From an uncultured Actinomycetes bacterium (GTDB lineage Bacteria; Actinomycetota; UBA4738; HRBIN12): a stretch of 64,000 nt of DNA. Location: NCBI GenBank assembly GCA_963700855.1, contig CAVOYV010000001.1, positions 703,619-767,618 of the forward strand, in the 5' to 3' direction. The position numbers and the translations under genes were made by a program. How positions within the stretch are numbered: the stretch's first letter is position 1; every line of letters begins with the position of its first letter. Positions 1-9,756 of this stretch are shown here, in pieces. The notes beneath the pieces are model-generated. The model searched no databases and was not told where the DNA came from. It saw only the letters and a program-made list of their open reading frames with translations.

Positions 1-1491
1 GACGACGAGCCCACCTTCGAGCTGATCCGCGCCTCCGACACGCTCGGGTGCTTCCAGATCGAATCGCCCGGCCAGCGCGAGCTGCTCCAGAAGCTCCAGC
101 CGACCCGGTGGGAGGACCTGGTCGTCGACATCTCGCTGTTCCGCCCCGGACCGGTGAAGTCCGACATGATCCGGCCGTACCTCGCCCGACGGAGCGGCCG
201 CGAGCGTCCGGTGTACGTCCACCCGAACCTCCGCCCGGCGCTGCGCGAGACCTTCGGGGTGATCGTCTATCACGAGCAGGTGATGCGCACGCTCGCGGCG
301 CTCGCCGGCTACGACCTGACCTACGCCGACCACGTCCGGCGGCACCTCGACGACGAGGCGATGCTCCCTGGACTGCGGGCCGAATTCCTCGAGCGCGCGA
401 CCGTCCGCGGGGTCGACCCCGCGGCCGCAGCTGCCACCTGGGACGACGTCGCGCAGTTCGCGTCGTTCGGGTTCTGCAAGGCGCACGCCGCCGCGTTCGC
501 GGTGCCGACCTACCGCTCGGCGTGGCTGAAGACCCACTACCCTGCGCACTTCCTCGCGGGGATCCTCACCCACGACCCGGGGATGTACCCCCGGCGCCTG
601 CTCCTGGACGACGCGCGCCGCCACGGCGTCGAGATCCTGCCGCTCGACGTGAACCGCAGCGAGCCCGACTACGTCGTCGAGGAGACCACACCGGGGACGT
701 TCGCGATCCGGCTCGCGCTGCAGGACGTGCACGGGATCTCCGACGCCGAGATCCGCTCGATCCTCGCCGCTCGCGCCGAGCGGCCGTTCCGCGACGTCGG
801 AGACCTCGTGCGCCGGACCACGGTCGCGAGGCCCGTGGCCGAGGCGCTCGCGCACGCCGGTGCGTTCGACGCGCTCGGGGACACGAACCGCCGTGGGCAC
901 CTGTACGAGGCGATCACGGTCGAGGCGCCACGCGAGGGCGACCAGCTCACCCTCGCCGACGCGACCGCGCCGGCGCACGACTTCGCGGACTACACCGACG
1001 CCGAGGTCGTGAAGGCCGAGCTCGAGGTGCTGGGTCTCGACGCCACCCGGCACCTCGTGTCGTTCTTCGAGCCGCTGCTGCGCGACCTCGGTGTCACGCG
1101 TGCACAGGACCTGCCGTCGAAGCGGCACGGCGAGCGGGTGATGGTCGCGGGGGTGAAGATCGCGTCGCAGACACCGGCGATCCGCAGCGGACAGCGGATC
1201 ATCTTCTTGTCGCTCGACGACGCGACCGGTCCGATCGAGGTGACGGTGTTCGAGTCTGTTCAGCCGAAGGTCGCCCGGACCGTCTTCCACGCGTACGCGC
1301 TCGCCGTATGGGGGCAGCTTCGCCGCACCGGCGTGAGGGGGGTCAGTATCATCGCCGAGGAGGTCTGGGACCTCACCGCGCTGCACCGAGCCCGCCGGGA
1401 GGGCCTGCTGCGTGAGGCGATGGCCGCGCCGACGGAGCCCCGCGCGCCGTCGAGACGGCTGTGGCACACGAGCCCCGGATCGGCGGGGTGA
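1..1491 (+). CDS. dnaE2: Error-prone C-family DNA polymerase DnaE2 (ImuC), C-terminal ~496 aa; the 5' end lies outside the window
   Basis: Frame 1 is open from base 1 (DDEPTFELIRASDTLGCFQIESPGQRELL) and runs into the listed ORF 154..1491. It carries Pol III alpha-type motifs (LFRPGP, VYHEQVM, FGFCKAHAAAF) and a short OB-fold tail typical of DnaE2. Confidence 0.85.
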   Translation, partial: DDEPTFELIRASDTLGCFQIESPGQRELLQKLQPTRWEDLVVDISLFRPGPVKSDMIRPYLARRSGRERPVYVHPNLRPALRETFGVIVYHEQVMRTLAALAGYDLTYADHVRRHLDDEAMLPGLRAEFLERATVRGVDPAAAAATWDDVAQFASFGFCKAHAAAFAVPTYRSAWLKTHYPAHFLAGILTHDPGMYPRRLLLDDARRHGVEILPLDVNRSEPDYVVEETTPGTFAIRLALQDVHGISDAEIRSILAARAERPFRDVGDLVRRTTVARPVAEALAHAGAFDALGDTNRRGHLYEAITVEAPREGDQLTLADATAPAHDFADYTDAEVVKAELEVLGLDATRHLVSFFEPLLRDLGVTRAQDLPSKRHGERVMVAGVKIASQTPAIRSGQRIIFLSLDDATGPIEVTVFESVQPKVARTVFHAYALAVWGQLRRTGVRGVSIIAEEVWDLTALHRARREGLLREAMAAPTEPRAPSRRLWHTSPGSAG

Positions 1492-1507
1492 GCGAGAGGT
1501 CCGCACG

Positions 1508-2797
1508 GTGACGACAGAACCCGACGGCGGCGAACAGGCCTTCGTCGGGACGCCCTTCGTGGCCCAGGGCGAGGCCGTCCCGGGCGTCCCTTCGTTGCCT
1601 CCCGGGCCCTTCCGTCGGATCGTCGTCGCGAACCTGTTCGGTTCGATGGCGTTCTGGTCGTTCTACGGCACGGTGTTCTGGGAGGCCTCGAACCGGTTCG
1701 GCGCGGATCAGGCCGACATGGCCGTGCTCGGCGTGGCGCTGTCGGTCCCGTTCATCCTCGGGTCGTTGATCCAGGGGCTCGTCGTGGACCGCTGGAGCCC
1801 GAAGTGGCTGTTGGTGATCGGCTACCTCGCCTTGTTCGCCGCGATCCCCGCGGCGTGGGTCGCCGCATCGCTCCCATGGCTGTGGGCGTCGACGTTCCTG
1901 ATCGGCGGCGCGTTCGCCACGATCGAGCCGTCGCGCTCGGCGCTCACCGGCCTGCTGGTGCCCGAGGATCGGCTCGTCGCCGCCAACGGCGCGATCGCGA
2001 CCGCCTTCCAGGCCGCGATCGTGGTCGGCTCGCTGGGCGGCGGGTGGCTGATCGATGCCTTCGGCGCCGACGTCGCCTACGGGTTCTCTGCATCGTCGGC
2101 GCTCGTGTCGATCGGCGTGCTCATCGGCCTGCCGGACGTCCGCCAGCATGGGGAGCGCCCATCCATGTCGCTCGGCGACCTCCGTCACGGGGCGGCTGCC
2201 GCGTGGCGTCACCCACAGCTGCGGATCCTCCTGGTGCTCACGTCCGTGAGCTGGACGCTGATCAGCGTGTTCTTCATCCTCGAGCCGTTGTTCGTGAAGG
2301 ACACGCTCGGACGCGAGGATGCGGCCCTGCTCTACCTCTGGGCGGCGCACGGAGTCGGGGCGTTCGCTGGCGCGGTCTGGGTGACCAGAGCTCGAGGTCT
2401 GTCGGGTCGCGAGGCCGCCCTCGTGTGCATCGGTGTCGTGCTCGTCGGCGCCGGCATCTTCGTCTATACCGCCGTGGGCTCCTACCCGATCGCCCTGGCC
2501 GCGAGCGCGCTGTCGGGCGTGGGGTTCGCGCTGTTCTTCCCGCCGCTGCTCGCCTTGATCCAGCGGGTGATCTCGGAGGATCAACGGGGTCGGGTCACGA
2601 GCGTCTTCGTCGCGTTGCAGGAATCGGCAGGACTCGCGAGCTCGCTCGTGATCCTCGGGCTCGGCACGATCGTGGTGGTTGGCCCCACCCTCGTCGCGTC
2701 GGGCGTCGTGATCGCCGTGCTGGGCGCCGCGGGTCTGCGGGCCGAGGCACGAGCCAGCCGGGAGGTGACGGCGGCGGATGACCGCTCGGCCCCCTGA
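1508..2797 (+). CDS. MFS transporter
   Basis: About 12 hydrophobic segments in the ORF 1412..2797 frame. I start it at GTG 1508, just after the dnaE2 stop. Third-position GC is high. Confidence 0.75.
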   Translation: MTTEPDGGEQAFVGTPFVAQGEAVPGVPSLPPGPFRRIVVANLFGSMAFWSFYGTVFWEASNRFGADQADMAVLGVALSVPFILGSLIQGLVVDRWSPKWLLVIGYLALFAAIPAAWVAASLPWLWASTFLIGGAFATIEPSRSALTGLLVPEDRLVAANGAIATAFQAAIVVGSLGGGWLIDAFGADVAYGFSASSALVSIGVLIGLPDVRQHGERPSMSLGDLRHGAAAAWRHPQLRILLVLTSVSWTLISVFFILEPLFVKDTLGREDAALLYLWAAHGVGAFAGAVWVTRARGLSGREAALVCIGVVLVGAGIFVYTAVGSYPIALAASALSGVGFALFFPPLLALIQRVISEDQRGRVTSVFVALQESAGLASSLVILGLGTIVVVGPTLVASGVVIAVLGAAGLRAEARASREVTAADDRSAP

Positions 2798-4004
2798 ACC
2801 GATCCTGCACGTCGATCTCGACGCGTTCTACGCGGGGGTCGAGGTCCTCAAGGACCCCTCGCTCAAGGGCAAGCCCGTGATCGTGGGCGGCACCGGTCCC
2901 CGTGGTGTCGTGGCGAGCGCGTCCTACGAGGCGCGCGCCTACGGGGTCCGCTCGGCCATGCCCGCCGTTCGTGCCCGCCGCCTCTGCCCGGATGGGATCT
3001 TCGTCGCCTCCGATTTCGAGGCCTACCGGATCCACTCGAACCGGTTCCGTGAGGTGCTGCTGTCGTACACGCCACTGGTGGAGCCGATCTCCCTCGATGA
3101 GGCGTTCCTCGACGTCGGCGGCGCGACCCGCCTGTTCGGCGACCCGCCCGCGATCGGGCGCCGGATCCGCGCCGACGTGGCACGAGAGGTCGGCGTCACG
3201 TGTTCCGTCGGCGTGGCGGCGACGAAGTTCGTGGCGAAGCTGGCCTCCGACCATCGCAAGCCCGACGGGCTGCTCCACGTCCGGGCCGACGAGACGCTCG
3301 CGTTCCTGGAGCCGCTGCCGGTGGGGCGGTTGTGGGGTGTGGGGGAGAAGACCGGCGACCTCCTGGGGCGGCTGGCGATCCGCACGGTGGGCGATCTCGC
3401 CCGCACCCCGCGTCCCGTCCTGGAGCGGCTGCTCGGCGAGGCGAGCGCGAGGCATCTGGAGGAGCTCTCTCACGGGGTGGACGACAGAGCGGTCGTTCCC
3501 TACGAGGCGCCGAAGTCGATCGGGCACGAGGAGACGTTCGACCGCGACCTCGACGATGAAGACGAGATCGCTCGGGAGCTCCTGCACCTGTCTGGCAAGG
3601 TCGCGGCGAGGCTCCGCGAGGACGGCTACCGGGCGAGGACGGTCACGCTGAAGGCGCGGCTCGCGAACTTCACCACCCTCACGCGTGCCAGGACCCTGTC
3701 CGACCCGACCGACGTGGGTGCGGAGCTCTACCACGTGGCCCTGGCGATGTACCGGGCGCTCCCGGGCGACCGGCGGCGGATCCGGCTGCTCGGGGTGCAA
3801 GGGAGCGGCCTCGTATCGGCCGGTGCCGAGCAGCTCGCCCTCCTCCACGGCGAACGCTGGGGCGACGTCGAACGGACGCTCGACCGGATCCAGCGCCGAT
3901 TCGGGGTGGGCGCGGCCACCCAGGCGACCCTCTTGGACCTTGGACACCGCGGCGATCGGGACCCGGGGTTCCGTCGATCCGGCCCGCCTCCCTATAATCG
4001 ATGA
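2778..4004 (+). CDS. dinB: DNA polymerase IV (Y-family)
   Basis: N-terminus ILHVDLDAFYAGVE, then SLDEAFLDV and the little-finger region. Length is 408 aa. It overlaps the MFS gene end by 20 nt. Confidence 0.9.
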   Translation: MTARPPEPILHVDLDAFYAGVEVLKDPSLKGKPVIVGGTGPRGVVASASYEARAYGVRSAMPAVRARRLCPDGIFVASDFEAYRIHSNRFREVLLSYTPLVEPISLDEAFLDVGGATRLFGDPPAIGRRIRADVAREVGVTCSVGVAATKFVAKLASDHRKPDGLLHVRADETLAFLEPLPVGRLWGVGEKTGDLLGRLAIRTVGDLARTPRPVLERLLGEASARHLEELSHGVDDRAVVPYEAPKSIGHEETFDRDLDDEDEIARELLHLSGKVAARLREDGYRARTVTLKARLANFTTLTRARTLSDPTDVGAELYHVALAMYRALPGDRRRIRLLGVQGSGLVSAGAEQLALLHGERWGDVERTLDRIQRRFGVGAATQATLLDLGHRGDRDPGFRRSGPPPYNR

Positions 4005-4041
4005 GGAGCCGACCCCAACGACCGACGAGGGGCGACCGGAC

Positions 4042-4395
4042 ATGCCGCTGAGCGACCACGAGCAACGGATCCTCGACGAGATCGAGCGCCGCCTGGCCGA
4101 GGAAGATCCTCGCCTGGTGGAGCAGGTCGGTCGCACCGACCTGTACACCCACCTGGCGCGCCGGATCCGGCTCGCCGCCGGAGCCTTCGTCGTGGGCATG
4201 CTGATGCTCCTGCTGTTCGTGGTGTCGGTATGGATCGCGGCGGCCGGCTTCGTCGTGATGCTCGTGTCGGCCCTCGTGGTCTACCGGTCCTTGGGGCAGC
4301 TCGGACGCGACCAGCTGCGACAGCTGCAGGACGAGGGCGGCTTCTCGATCACCGCGCTCCTCGGACGCCTCGCCGAGCGCTTCCGCGGCGCCTGA
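4042..4395 (+). CDS. DUF3040-family small membrane protein
   Basis: MPLSDHEQRILDEIERRLAEEDPRL followed by two hydrophobic helices. ATG 4042 lies inside listed ORF 3685..4395. Confidence 0.7.
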   Translation: MPLSDHEQRILDEIERRLAEEDPRLVEQVGRTDLYTHLARRIRLAAGAFVVGMLMLLLFVVSVWIAAAGFVVMLVSALVVYRSLGQLGRDQLRQLQDEGGFSITALLGRLAERFRGA

Positions 4396-4609
4396 CGCGA
4401 ACCTTCGCGGACCTCGCTCCGGCTCGTCCGTCGGTCGCTGGGTAGTCCAACCGGGTGGTTTGTCAGCCGTCCTACGCTCGGCGCTTGCCACCGTCGCTCG
4501 CCGCGTTGTACACAGTGGTCCCCTTCCCCCAAAGGGCGCGCGACCGTCTCCCCGCCGGTCTCGCCCGACGGCAGGCAGGATCGACGAGACAGGAAAGGCG
4601 CGCGTCGGG

Positions 4610-5092
4610 ATGGAGGGATTCACGGCTCACCAGGCCTGCAAGTTCACGGGCTGCACCCCCCGACAGCTCAGGTACTGGGACCAGATCGGACTGGTGCAGC
4701 CGTCGGTCCAGAGCACCGGCGGGCGTCCGGGTATCCCACGGCTCTACGCGTTCCGTGACCTCGTCGCGCTGCGCGTCGTGAAGTCCTTGCTCGACGGGGG
4801 GATGTCGCTGCAGCGGGTGCGGCGGTCGTGGACGTTCCTCAACACGAAGGCCGGGCTGGACAAGCATCTGTCCGAGGTACAGCTGGTCACCGACGGGCAG
4901 AGCATCTTCAAGATCTGCAGGCGCGACGGCGAGGTGATGGACGCCCTGAAGGAGGGGCAGATGGCGTTCTTCGTCGCGATCGACGACATCGCCACATCGG
5001 TTTCGACGAACGTGCGGTCGTTCCAGGAGGACCGCGACCGGTTCGTCCGAGCCCTTCGCGAAGCCGCGGCGCACACCGCTACCGGCACCTGA
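4610..5092 (+). CDS. MerR-family transcriptional regulator
   Basis: HTH FTAHQACKFTGCTPRQLRYWDQIGLVQP. ATG 4610 lies inside listed ORF 4460..5092. Confidence 0.8.
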   Translation: MEGFTAHQACKFTGCTPRQLRYWDQIGLVQPSVQSTGGRPGIPRLYAFRDLVALRVVKSLLDGGMSLQRVRRSWTFLNTKAGLDKHLSEVQLVTDGQSIFKICRRDGEVMDALKEGQMAFFVAIDDIATSVSTNVRSFQEDRDRFVRALREAAAHTATGT

Positions 5093-5101
5093 CCCGGCGC
5101 G

Positions 5102-7336
5102 CTACCGCAGCCGCAGTCGGCCGGCGACCCTCCGTCGCAGCGGCGTCGCGCTCGTCAGTTCCTGGAGCACCACCTGGGCATCTGCAGCGGCATCGAGAGC
5201 ATCCTCGGTCGACGGCTCCTGTGGGGCGTAGGCGGCCCGTGTCGTGAGGGTCGCGAGCCGATCGACCCGTCCGTCTCCCACCCGACCGTCCTCGACGACC
5301 CTGCGTGCGTACTCGCGCGGCGTCTCGCCGACACCGCGTGGCAGCCCCAGTTCGGCTGCGCGATCGGCGAACACGTCGTAGCTCGCGAGGATCAGCCGGC
5401 GGGGCTCGTCCCCGGCGCGTCGCACGAGCCGATGCCGACGCCATACCCGCCGTGCCGGAACCGCGACCACGAAGAGCCCGGCCGCGGCGAGCAGACCCGC
5501 CGCGATCGCCGCGGGCTGACCGAACCGTCGGTCGTTCCCCCCGGTTCCGGACAGCTCGTCTCCGGCGAACGGATCCTCGCTCGGGCGCGGGCGTTCGGGG
5601 CTGTCGGTGGGCTGGTCGAGGCAGTCCGGGTCGTTCGCGATCCTGCGGGTGCAGGCGCCGTCGCGTTCCTCGCCGGGGGCGACGCCGGCCCCGGCCGCGT
5701 ACGACGCCATCGCGGGGTTCGCTCGCCCTGGCGTGGGCTCGAACGGGAGCCACCCGAAGGTCGGGAACCGCACCTCGACCCACGCGTGCAGGTCGTCGGT
5801 GCCGACCCGACGGACGTCGCCGGTCCCGACGATCGTCCCCTGCGTGTAGCCGACGGCGACCCGTGCGGGGATCCCGAGCGTTCGGAGCATCACCGCCATC
5901 GCGCTCGCGAACTGCTGGCAGAACCCGCGCTTGCTGATCGTGAGGAACTCCAGGAGTGACTCGCCGTCCTCCCGGGGTGACACGTCGAGGCTGTACTGGA
6001 AGTTCGCCACGTCGTTGAACCGGGCCTCGATCGCCTCGATGCGCTCGTAGTCGTTCGCTGCGTCCTCGGTCCACTCCTGGGCGATCGCCTCGATCTCGGG
6101 GGGAAGGTCTTCGGGGAGCTGCACCAGCTCGGGGTAGGCAGATGGATCAGGGAACACCTCGTCCGCGAGCTGGTCCGCGTCGGGGGCGGGCAACGTGAAC
6201 GAGGCGCCGTATGCGTCGCCCGCGTCGAGCGGCTCCTCGGTCCGCAAGGTCTCGGTGTCTGCCGCCCACGTGACGGGGACGTCGATGTCCACCGAGCGGG
6301 GCCGCACCCCCATCGGGAGCCAGTCGTACCCGACGTCGTTCAGGACCGTGAAGGTCGCCTCGACCTCGCGGCCGGTCGCGGCGGCGAGATCCTGTCCGGG
6401 GGTGAGCGCGATCGCCGGCTCATCGCCGGGCGACCACTCGATCCCGTCGAACCGCTCCAAGGCCGTCATCCGCCAGTAGGACGGCGCTTCGGTCGCGACC
6501 TCGAAGACGTCGACGGGCTCGCCGCTCGTCAGCCGGGCAGCGACGGAGACCAGTGGGCTCACCCGCACACGGTCGTCCTGATTGACCGCCGAGATGTCGA
6601 TCACCGCCTTGCCTCCGAACCCGGGCATCACGAACGGCGCGATCGCAGCCGCCGCGACGGCCGTGACGGCGATCCTGCGCGCACCACGGCCGGTGGACGG
6701 CAGGAGCCGGGTCGTGCGCCCGGGGCCGGTCCAGATCGGGCCCCATCCCTGGAGGCGGCGCATCGCGTCGGCGAACACCACCGCGAGGCCGGCCACGAGG
6801 AAGAGCACCCCGTAGACGGGACGGACGACCTCGTCGAGCACGCTGTCGGCGAACACGACCAGGGCGAGCGGTGGAACGAGCGCCAACAGGGGACTGCCGG
6901 CGCGGAAGGCGAGTGCGTGGCAGGAGAAGAGCGCGGCCCACACGCCGACGAGACCCGCCATCACCAACGGGTCGATCGGTTCGGTCGGGCTCACACGCAG
7001 CCGCGCTTCCTCACCCACCTGACCGGCGGCCTCACCGATCGCGCGGAGCGTGTCGAGGGTGGGCAGTCCGTACCACGTCGTTTCCGGGAACACGAGCCAG
7101 GTCACGGTGAGCACGAGCACCGCGGCGCTCACGGCGGTCGCGAGCAGCAGGCTCCGCCGTTCGAACGCCCAGGCGAGTACCCCGGAGGCAACGCCGACCC
7201 CGGTCATGATGATGGTGGTCGCGGCGCCCTGGTAGATACGGCCGTACGCGAGGCCCGACGACACCGCCACGGCGATCACCGCGACGAGGGTCGTCAGGCG
7301 TTGTACGCGAGCGGACGTTCCCGTGGGGTGTGCCAT
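5102..7336 (-). CDS. Transglutaminase-domain membrane protein
   Basis: An N-terminal multi-TM region, then a Cys-His-Asp core (RGFCQQFASAMAVMLRTLGIPARVAVGY ... DLHAWVEV). ATG at 7336 (MAHPTGTS) overlaps the DUF58 gene end by 43 nt, so the start is uncertain. Confidence 0.8.
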   Translation of the reverse strand: MAHPTGTSARVQRLTTLVAVIAVAVSSGLAYGRIYQGAATTIIMTGVGVASGVLAWAFERRSLLLATAVSAAVLVLTVTWLVFPETTWYGLPTLDTLRAIGEAAGQVGEEARLRVSPTEPIDPLVMAGLVGVWAALFSCHALAFRAGSPLLALVPPLALVVFADSVLDEVVRPVYGVLFLVAGLAVVFADAMRRLQGWGPIWTGPGRTTRLLPSTGRGARRIAVTAVAAAAIAPFVMPGFGGKAVIDISAVNQDDRVRVSPLVSVAARLTSGEPVDVFEVATEAPSYWRMTALERFDGIEWSPGDEPAIALTPGQDLAAATGREVEATFTVLNDVGYDWLPMGVRPRSVDIDVPVTWAADTETLRTEEPLDAGDAYGASFTLPAPDADQLADEVFPDPSAYPELVQLPEDLPPEIEAIAQEWTEDAANDYERIEAIEARFNDVANFQYSLDVSPREDGESLLEFLTISKRGFCQQFASAMAVMLRTLGIPARVAVGYTQGTIVGTGDVRRVGTDDLHAWVEVRFPTFGWLPFEPTPGRANPAMASYAAGAGVAPGEERDGACTRRIANDPDCLDQPTDSPERPRPSEDPFAGDELSGTGGNDRRFGQPAAIAAGLLAAAGLFVVAVPARRVWRRHRLVRRAGDEPRRLILASYDVFADRAAELGLPRGVGETPREYARRVVEDGRVGDGRVDRLATLTTRAAYAPQEPSTEDALDAAADAQVVLQELTSATPLRRRVAGRLRLR

Positions 7337-8523
7337 CGTTCGGCGAGCCTCGTGGAGGGGGTCAGGAGAAGGACATCCCAGCCGGAGCGAGACAGCGCGA
7401 GGACGGCCTGTGTGGACCGGCCCTCGATCGCGGTGCGGCGGCTGGGTGGAGCGGTGGTGGGGTCGGCGGGCTGGACCAAGATCGCGAGCTTCGGTCCGTA
7501 CCCGGTCGCGGCGCGTACCAGACCAGGGAGCTCTTGAGGTGCGGGCGGAGGTCCCACCAGCACGAGCGACGCCTCCGGTGAGGCCGCGACCCGTAGGTTC
7601 ACCAGGGCCGGGGCGAGGGTGCGGCTCTTGCCTGCGCCCAGACGCGAAAGGACGTCCAGGAACCGGTCCTCCGACACCGGGGTCGCGACCAGTTCGGGGG
7701 TCGCGAACCGGAGGGTGAAGTGCTCCTCGAGCAGGAGCATGCCGACGCTCGCGGCGCACGAGACGGCTCGTTCGAACGCCGGTCCGTGTGCGGGGCCGAG
7801 TCCGGTCTCCCGATCGTCGAGGAACACGAGCGCGCTCGCCCGGCGCGAGGCCTCGTTCTGGCGGATCATCAGCTCGCCGGTGCGCGCGACCGAGGGCCAG
7901 TGGATCCGGCGGAGGTCGTCGCCTTCTTGGTAGGACCGCATCGTGAAGTACTCCTCCCCGGTGCGCATCAGCTGGCGCGCGCGTGCGGCCCCGACACCGT
8001 GCCCGGTCGTGGCTTCGGGCGCGGTGGTCAGGTCTTCGACCTCCGGAGTGACGAGCAGTTCGTCACTTCGATCGACCCGCACGCGCCCTCTCGTCAGCCC
8101 GAACGGATCCGTCACGTCCACCCAGAGCGGCCCGATCCCGTATCGGCCACGGGATTGGGGGAGCACGGTGTACCCGACCCGTTGGCGTCCACGCGGCGGC
8201 ACGTTCGTGACGACGAGCCGAGCCGGGCGCCCGAGCGCCGCAGGGAGCCTGTCCTCGAGCAGGAGCAGCGGGGTGCGCGCGGACGCGCCGTTGCGGATCT
8301 CGATATCGACGTTGACGCGGGTCCCGGGGGCGACCCGGACCTCGGAGAGCCGACGGCGGATCTCGAGCCGCCGGGGGGTGAAGCGGACGAAGAGGGCGGC
8401 GAGGAACGGGAGCAGCGCGAGTCCGATCGACACGACCTCGAGTCCCGGCGAGCCGATCACCCGCGCCGTGAACCACATCGCCAGCCCCACGAGGGAGACG
8501 CTGATCCCTCGGGGGCCTAGCAT
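7294..8523 (-). CDS. DUF58-domain protein (MoxR-associated)
   Basis: Motif RSYQEGDDLRRIHWPSVARTG and two N-terminal TM helices. ATG 8523 shares one base with the MoxR stop (TGATG). Confidence 0.8.
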   Translation of the reverse strand: MLGPRGISVSLVGLAMWFTARVIGSPGLEVVSIGLALLPFLAALFVRFTPRRLEIRRRLSEVRVAPGTRVNVDIEIRNGASARTPLLLLEDRLPAALGRPARLVVTNVPPRGRQRVGYTVLPQSRGRYGIGPLWVDVTDPFGLTRGRVRVDRSDELLVTPEVEDLTTAPEATTGHGVGAARARQLMRTGEEYFTMRSYQEGDDLRRIHWPSVARTGELMIRQNEASRRASALVFLDDRETGLGPAHGPAFERAVSCAASVGMLLLEEHFTLRFATPELVATPVSEDRFLDVLSRLGAGKSRTLAPALVNLRVAASPEASLVLVGPPPAPQELPGLVRAATGYGPKLAILVQPADPTTAPPSRRTAIEGRSTQAVLALSRSGWDVLLLTPSTRLAERWHTPRERPLAYNA

Positions 8524-9494
8524 CAGGGCGTCTCCGAGACCGCCACGGGGACCTCCTCGACCAGGTCGCGCAGGACCATGGCCGGGGAGCGACCTGTCAT
8601 CGCTGCGTCGGCCGTGATGATGATCCGGTGAGCGAGGGTCGGAACGACGAGCGCCTTCACATCGTCGGGGATCACGAAGTCGCGCTCGTCGGCGGCAGCG
8701 AGGGCCCTCGACGCGCGCAGGAGCATGATCGAGGCGCGAGGGCTCGCTCCCAGGTGGATCGCCGGATCGCGACGTGTCGCCTCCACGACGTCCACGATGT
8801 ACCGTCGGATCGCGGGTGCTGCGTGGACGAGGTGCGCCTGCGAGATCAGGTCGGCGACGCCTCGCGAGTCCGTGACCGGCCCGATGTCGTCGAGCGGATG
8901 TCCGCTGCCGTGGGTCGCGAGGATGTCGATCTCGACCTCGGGGCTCGGATACCCGATCGACAGCCTCAACATGAACCGATCGAGCTGCGCCTCCGGCAGA
9001 GGGTAGGTCCCCTCGTGCTCTACGGGGTTCTGCGTCGCGATCACCATGAAGGGCGTACCGAGCGGATGAGTGTGGGCATCGATCGTGACCTGGCGCTCCT
9101 CCATGCACTCGAGCAGCGCGGACTGGGTCTTCGGGGAAGCTCGGTTGATCTCGTCGCCCAGCACGATGTTCGCGAACACCGCGCCGGGACGGAACTCGAA
9201 GTCCCCGTGCTCCTGGTTGAAGACGTTCACACCGGTGATGTCGGTGGGCAGCATGTCCGGCGTGAACTGGATCCGCCGGAACGAGCAGTCGATCGAGCGG
9301 GCGATCGCCTTCGCCAGCATCGTCTTCCCGACGCCGGGGACATCCTCGATCAACAGGTGGCCCTCTGCCACCAGCGTCACGAGGGCGAGACGGATCTCAT
9401 GCTGCTTGCCGCGGACGACCTGCTCGACGTTCCGTTCGATCGAAGTGAACCGTGCGGCGAACGCCTCCCAGTCTCGTGATCGTCGCTGCTCCAC
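8523..9494 (-). CDS. MoxR-family AAA+ ATPase
   Basis: Walker A GVPGVGKT and the MoxR-type core. I chose GTG 9494 because AAGGAGG lies 6 nt upstream; the listed ORF extends to 9845. Confidence 0.85.
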   Translation of the reverse strand: MEQRRSRDWEAFAARFTSIERNVEQVVRGKQHEIRLALVTLVAEGHLLIEDVPGVGKTMLAKAIARSIDCSFRRIQFTPDMLPTDITGVNVFNQEHGDFEFRPGAVFANIVLGDEINRASPKTQSALLECMEERQVTIDAHTHPLGTPFMVIATQNPVEHEGTYPLPEAQLDRFMLRLSIGYPSPEVEIDILATHGSGHPLDDIGPVTDSRGVADLISQAHLVHAAPAIRRYIVDVVEATRRDPAIHLGASPRASIMLLRASRALAAADERDFVIPDDVKALVVPTLAHRIIITADAAMTGRSPAMVLRDLVEEVPVAVSETP

Positions 9495-9756
9495 GCGCGC
9501 CCTCCTTGGCGTCGCCGAGGCGCCTGGCCCGGGCGTACCGGCCATGGTACGGCCACAGGGGGGTTCCGTTCCAGGGACCAACGCGGGTTGAGGACGAAGG
9601 AGGGCCCGACCTGGGCGGCGGACGCCCCGCGCGGCCCCTGTTCGCAACTCCAGGCATCCCGTCCGGGCCGGACCCTCGAGGATGGAGATTACACGGTTGT
9701 GATCCGTCGCGGAGGGCAGACCGTCGCACGGCGGGGACCGCGTACACTGCCCCACG

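Noticed and set aside
3038-3047. GAACCGGTTC palindromes (also CGAACCGGTTCG at 13099-13110) considered as LexA boxes near dinB and ftsI.
   Set aside because: The spacer is 2 nt rather than 4, and both lie well inside coding sequence, where they simply encode ...NRF....
4460-4478. TTGTCAGCC...TACGCT upstream of the MerR gene, considered as a RecA-independent damage promoter (tTGTCRgtg-N8-TAnnnT).
   Set aside because: The spacing to the TAnnnT hexamer is about 4 nt instead of 8, and the gtg part of the motif is absent.
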